Of a stretch of DNA of 64,000 bases, positions 13,087 to 22,981 are shown piece after piece. This DNA is from Vezdaea acicularis (taxonomy: Eukaryota). A program made the translations under genes and the position numbers. Under the pieces are notes generated by a model, which made no database searches, was not told where the DNA came from, and saw only the letters and a list, made by a program, of their open reading frames with translations. The stretch's first letter is position 1; every line of letters begins with the position of its first letter. The stretch spans positions 124,001-188,000 of the forward strand of contig JAPEUI010000008.1 in assembly GCA_026025075.1 (NCBI GenBank), written 5' to 3'.

Positions 13087-15259
13087 ATGGTAGGATAAGC
13101 CTATCTCCCACAGGTTTTAAGCTGACCACATCTACCATTAGTGTTTTCAGCATGTGGTTCATATTTCCAGATTACTTCTCGTCTTGCTATGCTGCCTGTG
13201 GGGGACGACTGCCCAATTCCCGAATCCAGCAAATGCATCCGCATATACTACAATAAAATCCCCAGCCAATGCCAACATTAGCATTTCCTACAAAGTCCCG
13301 CTCCCTGGAACGTGTACCACTTATTTCCCGACTCAAAAGCAATGGACAGGTTACGTCTCTATACCTCCACTTACTCTAGCTCCGATTCAGCAAAATTATT
13401 CAATCAATACATTCTTTTGGTTCATCGAAGCGCGGGAGTCGCCACAAACGGCTCCATTGACAATATGGCTGAATGGCGGCCCTGGCTCGAGCAGCATGGT
13501 GGGTCTCTTCCAAGAGACAGGTCCCTGTGAGGTCGTAGAGCTTGGTAAAGGACAATATGGCACTATCGCGAGAGACTGGGGCTGGGACCGAAGCTCCAAT
13601 GTTTTGTACATCGATCAACCCAACGAAGTGGGCTTTTCATTTGACGTCCTAACCAACGGCACCATCAATTTTATCAAGAGTCAGATCGATGTTCCGCCAC
13701 AAGGCGTCCCTCCCGGCTCTCCGGGATACACTTTCCTCAATGGTACCTTTAGTTCAAACTCGCCGAAAGCTACATCTAATACGACTGCTATTGCAGCCCA
13801 AGCCATATGGCACATGTTACAAGGCTTTCTAACCGCATTTCCTCAATACAACCCAGGTAACTATCCTAATAGTAATAAAACCGGCGCCGTAGGGATCAAC
13901 CTCTTCGCCGAGTCATATGGTGGTAAGTACGGCCCAATATTTGCCTCCTTCTGGAAGTTGCAAAATTTGCGTCGCCGTAATGGTACTATCCCCTTCAACA
14001 CGACATTTGACATCACTCTCACCTCTCTCGGAATCTTTAACGGATGCGTCGACGACTTGGTCCAGGCAATATACTACCCGGCCATGGCCTCTAATAACTC
14101 CTACGGCATACAAGCTGTGTCTCCAGCTGAGGCAAACGCTATGACAAGTAGCTTCTACATGACCTCTGGTTGCAAAGACATGATCAATCAATGCCGCAAC
14201 CTCGCCGCTTCCGCGGACCCTCATTCGTTCGGCGAAAACACTAATGTATCCTCTCTATGCGCTTCAGCGCAACAAACCTGCCAGGACGACCTCCTGAATC
14301 CCTACCTAGCATCGTCTCGGTCGATCTATGACATTACCCACCCACTCCACGACCCATTTCCGGTTCTCACATACCTATCCTACCTGAACACGGCCTCTTT
14401 TCAATCCGCCATTGGCGTCTCCCTAAATTACACGGAAGACTCTCAAGCTGTTACGACGGCTTTCACCCAGACAGGGGACTACGAGCTTGTGACGCCAATT
14501 CAAGACCTTGTCGCCCTGCTCGCGAGCGGCGTCCGCGTGGCCCTGATATATGGCGACGCGGATTTTATCTGCAACTGGCTTGGCGGCGAAGCCCTCTCCC
14601 TCGCGATTGCCCGTACTGCGCCGGCCCCTTACCCCTCCTTATTCCCAAGCGCGGGTTATGCGGACGTCCTCGTCAACGATACTTATACCGGTGGTGCCGT
14701 ACGACAAGCGGGCAACCTGAGCTTCGCGCGCGTCTACGACGCTGGCCATCTCGTCCCTGCATACCAGCCTGAGACAGCGTTCACGCTCTTCACGCGGATC
14801 ATCGAGGGCACGAGCCTGGCCTCGGGGCAGCTGATCAATAGCAGCACCTTCGTGACGTCTGGCGACCCGCAAGCATACCATCAGAACAAGCCGCCTGCGA
14901 TGCCGAAGGCGACATGTTATCTTCGAGCAGTGCAGCAGACGTGTGAAGATGACCAAAAGGTGATGCTCCAAAATGGGCAGGGTTTCGTGATCAACGACGT
15001 TCTGTATACGAGTTCGAATGGTTGGGCACCGCCAAGTGCAGAGGTGACGAAGTCAGTAGGGACGCCTGGGATGGCGCCGACTGTGACAGGGTCGGCTAAG
15101 GCTGGGAGTAGCAGTCAAAGCAGTATTGCTACAGGCGTTTATGTGGCAACAGGGGCACCTAGGAAGAAAAGCGGGGGTGGGAGTATTGTTTCGGACCTGA
15201 GGTTTGTTTCTTTGTGCACCGTTTTTGCGGTGAGCATTGCGGAGTTCACTTGTTCATGA
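13087..15259 (+). CDS. Secreted serine carboxypeptidase (S10), probable GPI anchor
   Basis: Signal peptide; WLNGGPGSSS, AESYGG (Ser), GDADFICN (Asp), AGHLVP (His); S/T-rich tail with hydrophobic end. The ORF-track start is GTG 13154; the proposed true start is ATG 13087 followed by intron 13090-13150. Confidence 0.9.
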
Positions 15260-15461
15260 GCATAGCGTTGCCATAGCATTCTAATCGGGTTTCGGTTTGC
15301 ATATATGTTATAAGAATAGCTCTATACCAGCGAGGCGTAGGTAATTCGTGTAACGCCTAGGGTGAGGTATAATAGACATACAATTTTAATACAGTACTCT
15401 TCAGAGAAGTTAGCTCTTTGCTCTGAGTGAGAGAGAATTTAGATGGAAATGATGTTGAGTG

Positions 15462-15554
15462 ATTGTCAGATATAGAGCCCGGTCAAGGGCAATTCTCATC
15501 AATGCCAATCGGCTATGCCGACCGTCGTGAGTATTAAAAAAGTTCATCATTTGA
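15462..15554 (-). ncRNA. snR73: Box C/D snoRNA snR73-like (25S Cm2959, yeast numbering)
   Basis: C box ATGATGA (15544-15550), D box CTGA (15466-15469). Guide CTCACGACGGTC (15520-15531) is complementary to LSU GACCGUCGUGAG. D' would be a degenerate CATA. Confidence 0.85.
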
Positions 15555-15712
15555 AAACAAGGAGGATTCTGGGCAAGACAAAGAAGGAGAGTGGGCAAGC
15601 TTACTACCAGCGTTAGACCACCGATAGTTTGGCCGGAAGGTTGGACCTTATCAAAAGTAGGTCAGCTCAATTGCCAGATTGTTTTTGAAGATGCTTAAAG
15701 CCAAAGAGCGTT

Positions 15713-15799
15713 GAGATCAGTGAAGACAGTCTCGTCGTCGCCAAACAGAAGAATGACTTGGACATATGCTTGTCGTTGTACGTCGAGATCATCATTTGG
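15713..15799 (-). ncRNA. snR74: Box C/D snoRNA snR74-like (18S Am28)
   Basis: C box 15789-15795, D box 15717-15720. Guide GACAAGCATATG (15763-15774) is complementary to 18S CAUAUGCUUGUC; the +5 rule from D' CCAA lands on A28. Confidence 0.9.
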
Positions 15800-15949
15800 A
15801 GGTAGCTCTGGGTGTTTGGGCGTGAGGGAGATTTCGTACTTATTGAGAACCCTTGGCGAGACAAATCAAGCCTACAGTAACGTCGATTCTTTTATAAACG
15901 TTAGTGATTTCTCTAGCTAGGAGTACATGTAATCTAGAAACAAAAGCCT

Positions 15950-16040
15950 ATGATCAGAAAATGCATGAATGGTATATAAAAAGTGTTGTCTACATCGGTA
16001 ACCCGAATCAGACTCGTCATCTAAATGGTTCATCACGTAA
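15950..16040 (-). ncRNA. snR75: Box C/D snoRNA snR75-like (25S Gm2288)
   Basis: C box GTGATGA 16030-16036, D' CTGA 16008-16011, D 15954-15957. Guide TTAGATGACGAG is complementary to LSU CUCGUCAUCUAA; a second element CCATTCATGC is complementary to the nearby GCAUGAAUGG. Confidence 0.92.
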
Positions 16041-16190
16041 TGAGACCGAACTCGGAACTAGTCCCCATTACTTACCTTGAAGTGATTAGGAAGGCACCCA
16101 GGTCCTCATCTGCCCAGCTGCTCTCGGTGGTGTTGTCAGCATGACATCCAGATGTGGAAAGCTGCCAAGTCGTTCTGGTAGAGAAATATT

Positions 16191-16301
16191 GGGTTCAGTG
16201 GGCAAGGTTTTCTAGGCCCGCCACAAAAAGGCATATCCATTTCATGAGCAGCCTCAAGCTTTGTTGAGACGTATCGGCGCCCAGTGCCATTCATCATCTA
16301 T
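16191..16301 (-). ncRNA. snR76: Box C/D snoRNA snR76-like (25S Cm2197)
   Basis: C box 16291-16297, D 16195-16198. Guide GCACTGGGC before D' CCGA is complementary to LSU GCCCAGUGC; the +5 position lands on C. Confidence 0.85.
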
Positions 16302-16441
16302 AGATCTGACGGCGGTCGGAAAAAAAGATTTGGAGAATGTTCAACAAATGCGTACCATATGAACTCGTAAGGCCTATAGCTTAGGAGCTAAGTGTCAGCG
16401 ACGTCTCCTATCAGAGTTGAGGTTCAACTGTGTTGATAAGA

Positions 16442-16532
16442 AAGCTCAGATAAGCCATGAAGTATCCGCAAGGACCCGAAGGTCTCGGCCGGTAATTTCC
16501 AGCGTACAAAGTACGAATTGATCATCATTGCT
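16442..16532 (-). ncRNA. snR77: Box C/D snoRNA snR77-like (18S Um578)
   Basis: C box 16522-16528, D 16446-16449, terminal AGC/GCT stem. Guide GCTGGAAATTACCG before D' CCGA pairs with 18S CGGUAAUUCCAGC with a 1-nt bulge. Internal GACC-UUCG-GGUC hairpin. Confidence 0.88.
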
Positions 16533-16678
16533 AGGTGGAAAAATTATAGGAAAGCTCACCTGAGTGACCACCTAACTCCACCAGATCCCTAGGAAGCCCA
16601 ATAATCGTCATCTACAGACTTCATGTCAGCCGCCAAAACTTCCACTTTCATTAGATATGAACTAGGAAGGTGTGTTTG

Positions 16679-16762
16679 CTGTTCAGACTGACGTGTGCAA
16701 ATGAGTTTCATTCCCTTAGGTCAAAGACTCTAGTTTTGCGGTTTAAACAAATCATCAAGATG
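16679..16762 (-). ncRNA. snR78: Box C/D snoRNA snR78-like (25S Um2421), with a second snR72-type guide (Am876)
   Basis: C box TTGATGA 16752-16758. D' TTGA has guide AAACTAGAGTC vs LSU GACUCUAGUUU. D box 16683-16686 is preceded by ATTTGCACACGTCAG vs LSU CUGACGUGCAAAU. Confidence 0.88.
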
Positions 16763-17041
16763 TGGAAGGAAGTTGAAAAAAAGAGTGGCAACCTGAACTT
16801 ACTGTGTCTGGAGTAGAAGGTTGTGAGTTGAAGGAAGATAAATTTCTGTTTGGTACAAAATTCGTCAGTACGTTTCCCTTATTGGGGGTGTGCGCTAACG
16901 AGGCGAGGCACGCCAGGCCTGTTCGGGAGATGGGCAGTGGCCTTGGCGCACATGCAATAGAAGTGAAAAGGGTTCGCCGCCATCCTCGGAAGCATCTTCG
17001 TTTTCTATCTCGGATCAAGCAGGACCAGGAGCATTCTCAAC

Positions 17042-17054
17042 CGGGGCAGATCGG
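17042..17054. promoter_or_regulatory. CGG-N7-CGG (reverse complement CCG-N7-CCG), AcuK/AcuM-type gluconeogenic element overlapping a SYGGRG CreA-type site
   Basis: cgg ggcagat cgg lies about 370 nt upstream of the FBP1 ATG; CCGGGG at 17041-17046. Confidence 0.5.
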
Positions 17055-17424
17055 AAGCAACATTTCTGCACTACCGCATTCCTCGGAACAAAGGATCTAG
17101 CACGAGCCAGCTGGATTAGCGACGGGATGGAGCGTGCCCCGCAATTGCTAAAAGTCCTCTTCCTCGGCCATGTGAGGGGCGGACTTCATATAACGTCACG
17201 CGGCATGCAGGCACGAGGTCGCTAACACCAGGTTCACCCTGCATGCTCACGTAAAGTTTTCTCGTTGATTGGAATAAAAGCTATTCCGTCCGTCCTTTCT
17301 CCTACTTGACTCAATCTTCTGCTTTTATCATTGTCTGCTTAAGACTGTTCTTCTCTTCCAGTGGTCTCGTTCTTCCTCTCACGGGACCAATTGAGCTATC
17401 CGCAGCTTGCCAAATACCTTGACC

Positions 17425-18569
17425 ATGGCCTCCGTTAAGGGACTAACAAACCAAATCCTTGAGTTGACCGAGGACGCCACGCAACAAAATGGAGGAGAGA
17501 AGATCAACACGGACATCATTACTCTTACACGCTTCCTCACAGAAGAACAAACTAAGCATAAGGAGGCAACGGGAGACTTCACGTAAGCATTAGCCCTTAA
17601 ATGACATGTGAAAGTGTGCCGGCTAACTCTTCTGAACTCAGATTGCTCTGCCATGCTCTCCAATTCTCCTTCAAAAGCATCGCCTATTATATTCGCCGAG
17701 CAACGCTGATCAACCTCACCGGACTTGCAGGCTCCTCAAATATTACAGGCGACGATCAAAAGAAGTTAGACGTGATTGGGAATGATCTCTTCATTGCCTC
17801 TATGAGAGGGTCTGGCAAGTGCCGGATATTAGTCTCTGAGGAAGAAGATGAAGCCATCATCTTCCACGAAAGCCCGAAAGCGCGTTATGCCGTGGTATGC
17901 GACCCCATTGACGGCAGCTCTAATCTCGATGCCGGTGTATCAGTGGGAACAATATTCGGTATTTTCAAGCTAAAAGAAGGAGCGGAAGGAAGAAAAGAAG
18001 ACCTGCTGCTTCCTGGCACCGAACTCGTTGCCAGCGGCTTCACCATGTACGGGGCATCAGCCCAACTAGTTTTGACAATGAAAGGCGGGACCGTCAATGG
18101 GTTCACCATGGACAACGCCCTTGGAGAATTCATCTTAACACATCCGAATATGCGGCTTCCAAGGAAGCGCGCCATCTACTCTGTGAATGAGGGGAATACC
18201 CTATACTGGGATGCACCCACGAAGGAATATTTTGACAGCTTGAAGTATCCAAGCGAGAAAGATGGAAAGCCATATAGCGCTCGTTATATTGGCAGCATGG
18301 TTGCCGATGCCTACCGGACGCTACTATATGGGGGCATTTTTGCATATCCAGCCGACAAGAAGAGCCCCAAGGGAAAGCTGCGTATTCTTTACGAATGCGC
18401 TCCTATGGCTATGGTCATGGAGAACGCTGGCGGACAGGCAGTTGACAGTAATATGAACCGCATGCTGTCGGTCGTGCCAGAACACATCCACGATCGATCT
18501 GGCATCTACATGGGCAGTTACGATGAAGTGGAGAAGGTAGTCGCCACGTACAAAAAGCACGCGAAATAG
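17425..18569 (+). CDS. FBP1: Fructose-1,6-bisphosphatase
   Basis: ATG 17425, intron 17583-17641. Motifs DIITLTRFL, GDDQKKLDVIGN, DPIDGSSNLD, ARYIGSMVAD, GKLRILYEC. Confidence 0.97.
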
Positions 18570-18794
18570 ACACTGGCGTTGGTGTTACCGTAGGCCTGTT
18601 TGTATATATGGTGTATAGAGACTAAAGAAAGCTTGAAAGCGCTACACGTCCTATGTACCGTCGATGCTTTATCGTCGAGACCCATTCCATGCTTCCATGA
18701 TGCAAGATGCAACCCAACCCAGTTTATGCCGCCTCAAGAGAATAAGCAGCTTGATCGCATATCATCTGATATGTTAGAACAGCAACACTGGAGA

Positions 18795-19848
18795 TCAAGG
18801 CTCCTTCACACCCTTCCTAGTATTCCTCGTACCCTTCGCATTCTTCGCGTTCCCTTCAGCCCCTTTAGCAGCCCTCCCCCGTTTCCTATTGTTCTCGAAT
18901 AGCTCTTCCGGGGGTTCTTCTACTACCTTTTTCCTCTTAGCCTTCCCTTTCTTATCTTGTCCTGCATACTTCTCCTCCAGCCGATCTAGGAAGTCTGACG
19001 ACTGCTCCGCTCTCCGCTTCTGCCGGTTCTGGATCAGCGCCATCAGCGACTCATCAGCGGGCGCACCATTCTGCTTCGACTTTTTCGTTTTCCTCTCGAC
19101 GGTCTTCTCGCCCGTCCCGAAAACGGGTTCGTATATCCCCAACTCCTTCGCATACTCCTTAGCCTCGTCCGCTTCCTTACTCGCGTTCTCCCACCGCTGC
19201 CGCCGCTTGCTCTCCGGCTCGTTCACGTAGTCCTTGTACGCGTCCACCTCGCCCTTCTCGATCGCCGCATCGATGATCACCCGGAACCGTTCTTCATCCT
19301 CAAGCACCTCGCTCAGCATGATGGTCTCGAAGATTTTGTTGAGGTTCCCTTTGTATCGCTTGTAGGCGGCCAAGAGGTCCATCTCCTCTTTTTCGCTGCC
19401 CTGGTACTCGGCTTTCATGTCAGCCATCTGCTTCTTCATGACCGCGTGGTCCCATTCGGTGCGGTAGAAGGCCAGCCAGTCGAAGTCGCCCGCGTCGGTG
19501 ATCGACTCGGAGGTACTGCCCGTGGTGTCGTATCGCCGGCGACGCGTGGCGTCCGAGAGGATGGCGTAGGCAAACGCGATACCTTGGAATTTGTGGTGGG
19601 CGGCGTCTTGGCCATCGCGATCGGCTTTGTCTGGGTTTTGTTAGTTTCGCTGTAGCTGTCTGGTCGCTCGAGGACTTGGAGCTGCTCGGGGACGTGAGAA
19701 ACACACCTGGGTGGTGCTTCAACGCGAGTTTGCGGTAGGCTGAAGTAACCTCCTTGGGCGTGGCTTCCTTGGTCACACCAAGGACTTCGTATGGATTTAT
19801 CTCTTTGGGCGGATCGTCGATGGTGAGATCTTCTGTAGCGGAAGGCAT
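18795..19848 (-). CDS. DnaJ-domain protein (DNAJC9-like)
   Basis: NPYEVLGV..AYRKLALKHHP|DK, with the HPD motif split by intron 19631-19706. Continues FAYAILSDATRRRRYDTTG and YQGSEKEEMDLLAAY; basic C-terminus. Confidence 0.9.
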
Positions 19849-20151
19849 GCTTAACGTTGGAGCCAGGCCCGAATCTCAACTCGCGAAGGGACGCCTGCGC
19901 TTGCCAACAAGTTTCAGTTTCGATGTATGGCAGTCAAATTAAAGTCTAGGAGATTTTGCAAATGCAGTGTGATGGTGGCGTGCAGAAGAGAGACATGCAG
20001 AATTGGATGTTGGTTGGAATCTGTGGGGATGTGAGACGACGCGCTTTGATACGCGGTCGCAAGAATTGTCGTGCCACAGACCCCACATTGTGCTACAACG
20101 GTCAAATATCACCACCACCACCATATCAACTCCAGAGTTTGATGAGATCAG

Positions 20152-20694
20152 ATGGACTTGGAGATAAAATCTCCATCGCCAGATGACCACGCTGCATACA
20201 TGCAGATTGCGATTTCTCTTGCAAAGAAATCTCCTCCCAAGCCGACGAATTTTTGCGTGGGAGCCGTCCTCGTCGACGCGGATACGAATATCATCCTATC
20301 AACTGGTTACACGCTCGAATTGCCAGGCAACACTCATGCCGAGGAATGCTGCTTGAAAAAGTTTGCAGCTGAGCGCGGCGTGACTGACGATGCCGTTGGC
20401 ACTCAGCTCCCATCGAACACCATCCTTTACACGACCGTCGAGCCCTGTTTTCTCAGGTTGTCGGGCAACACTCCGTGCGTTGACCGGATCATCAATACTC
20501 GCGGAAAGGTTGGGCAAGGGATTCGGCGAGTGTATTCAGGCGTCCGAGAACCTGAGAATTTTGTAGGCGTGAACGCCGGGCGCGCGAAGTTAGAGGAGAA
20601 CGGAATTGAATGCTTAGTCGTGCCCGGATTTGAAAGCACGATCCTGAGTATCGCGACGGCTGGGCATGGTGGGGGAGGGCGTACAAGCGCATGA
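20152..20694 (+). CDS. Cytidine-deaminase-fold protein, DRAP deaminase (Rib2 C-terminal domain)-like
   Basis: PTNFCVGAVLV, STGYTLELPGNTHAEECC, and TVEPCFLRLSGNTPC (HxE and PCx..C zinc motifs). Confidence 0.85.
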   Translation: MDLEIKSPSPDDHAAYMQIAISLAKKSPPKPTNFCVGAVLVDADTNIILSTGYTLELPGNTHAEECCLKKFAAERGVTDDAVGTQLPSNTILYTTVEPCFLRLSGNTPCVDRIINTRGKVGQGIRRVYSGVREPENFVGVNAGRAKLEENGIECLVVPGFESTILSIATAGHGGGGRTSA

Positions 20695-22635
20695 GTCGCC
20701 CTTCTCGGTGCCCAGGCGAAGGAAGATACAGTCTCGCGATAATCCTACCGGTCGGTGTGACTTAGGTTGACTTCGGTCTACTTGACACGACCGGTTACAC
20801 CTCAACAAATCAAACAGACTGGCAGCCTGACCATTTCTCAGCGATGCGTCCGTGTGCGATGCTGTAAAGGCTGTGGTGGCGCAGGAGAAACCTATCTCGT
20901 CCTTTGGCGTCAACGTGAGTGCGGCTTGGCATCTCACCCAAATGGACTTGTATATGTCTGGAGAACAAGCTCGAAACCTAACAATACACGCGCGAGGCTC
21001 CTAGTAGCTTTTACACAGCCCGCATAATGGTGCAATATTCGATGCGACATGAAGGAAGTAGACAATTCTGCGTCTGCAATTGATCTGTGGGACATCATCT
21101 AGGAATTTTTTGGTTTTGATATTAATATCTTAATATTCGCAACAAAATAACGTCAAATATAAAAATTCAATGCAAACCGGAAGTATTCCGAAATATTCCA
21201 TCTAAAGCTGGTGGTACCATACAATTGTAATGAAATTTGCGTTGTGATTATTGATTATTCACCCCCAATATGACTGTGCAAATGCTCGATGCAAGGGTTT
21301 TGCTGCGGCCACTCTGTCGGGCGGTCAAGTTAAAACCCATAGGGCAGTCGCCCCGCTAAGGGTTCCCCGTCTGTTCGGCAGCCCTTGCCCTGTTTTCCCC
21401 TTTCGGCATGAGCAAGCCCCCAGCCACGAACGCATTAGGTTCTATTCTCGTTAGCGACAAGGCACAAACGATTCGCAATTCGACAGCCCTAATTCAGCCT
21501 CTCTTCCACATACACTTCAGACTGCCTCTTTGCGGAGTGCCTGAGCCTGTTCGTATTCCCGATCCATCTGTGGTAACTAATCGCTTCTGCCAATTCAGCG
21601 GCCCTACACTCAAAACCATCAGCGTATCGATTCGCTATCAATACGCCGCGCCTGATGGCCGAGGGACGAGGCTGCCATCTCTATGAGGGCGCGCGACTGC
21701 CTTACAGCAAAATTAGATATCGTGACGCATTTAGCGTCTGCTGTCTCTTGTCGCCGCCAGCTTTCATTTCCGGTTTGACGCGCTGACACAGTTCTGGATA
21801 TACGCTATTCCCTAAGGACTGCATCGTCACCACTCCCCTCTCAGCTGTCGACCGAGGCTTCTCGAGCCCGTGCACCAGCCCTGCCAAATCCATTCCTATA
21901 CTCATTCGGCGGCTTCAGATCGCACCGAGCTACCAACACGCTGATGCAGTGGCGTACTTTTCAGATCTTAGGTCAGGCAGAACCGTCCCACTGCTTCGTG
22001 CGGCCACACCGCCTTGAGAGGGTTCCATAACCTTCCGTACCTGCGCCCGCCTCTCCGGAATCGCAAACGGATAAGGTGAAAGCCCTACAAGGCGATAAGG
22101 ATGGGCTTGTTCGCGCTCCTGCTGCGCAAGGGGGGTCCCTCATCATCATAATTTCCGGCCGAGGTTGGCGCGTTGTCATATCACCCCGGCGTATTCCAGC
22201 TTCTGCTTTCCGGAGACACTGCGAGGAGATTCCCACTCTATCATGTCAGCCCAATCTATGATTTGATCTGACGGCGATGCGCTGGCCGATTGATACTTTA
22301 TACAACCGGTCTGACCGTCGCCATTCGTCCTGTTGACCCTAAAGTCTGCCCAACAGATGCAGACTGGGCCACTTTTCATTTGCCTCCTTTCCCAACGTCG
22401 CGGGTGTAAAACAGGGCCCATTCAAGGGCTGTCGCCGTATAAAAGGGGCGGTCAAGTTTCTTTCAATCGAATATATAATCCCCTTCCAAACCCCCAACTT
22501 GTTCCTTCAGTCCACAGTCCCAAGAGCATATCCTACGAATATATCAATCTTATCTTCCTTCTGATATCTCTCTTCACGGGACGGTATCTCCTTTGAATTT
22601 TTTAACCAATCCTCAACAACATCAGATTCCTTGCG

Positions 22636-22981
22636 ATGTCCGGTCGTCGCAGTGCTCCGCAAGGGTATCAGGCCCCCCAAGCGCCGCAAGCCCCCCAGGC
22701 TGCCCCTATCTACCACTGGTTCTGTGTAAGTGATCAAAATCCTCCTTAAACTGTAATTCTTGGCTGACACCAAAGCAGTGCCAGTGTGGAGATGGCCCGA
22801 ACCCCATGAATACCACTCAATGCGTAGTATATCGCTGTGGCCACTACCGTGATAGCGATCGATATCCAGGTTATCCGTGAGCAGTCCCGGCATTCTCAGC
22901 GTACATTATCACTCTCTGACATTACCTAGCCCATGCTGCAAGATCGACGAGGTGGCTCCCAGTATCAATATACGCCAGTAA
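22636..22981 (+). CDS. 79-aa Cys/His-rich microprotein, 3 exons (absent from ORF track)
   Basis: Exons 22636-22725, 22779-22876 and 22930-22981. Two 53-nt introns (GTAAGT..GCTGAC..CAG; GTGAGC..CTGAC..TAG) keep the frame to TAA. TATA-like elements near 22438 and 22473 and a pyrimidine-rich leader. Confidence 0.8.

Larger units (their letters stand above)
15400..16850 (-). ncRNA. Non-coding snoRNA host transcript with six introns (snR78-snR73 cluster)
   Basis: Minus-strand donors at 16802 (GTAAGT), 16559 (GTGAGC), 16355 (GTACGC), 16075 (GTAAGT), 15839 (GTACGA) and 15604 (GTAAGC). Each is followed by one C/D snoRNA and a RCTRAC branch point. Exons are only about 18-52 nt and there is no long ORF. 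Transcript ends are approximate. Confidence 0.85.

Noticed and set aside
16411..16414. Alternative D box for snR77
   Set aside because: The CTGA at 16446-16449 gives a terminal stem and a typical length; the distal one does not.
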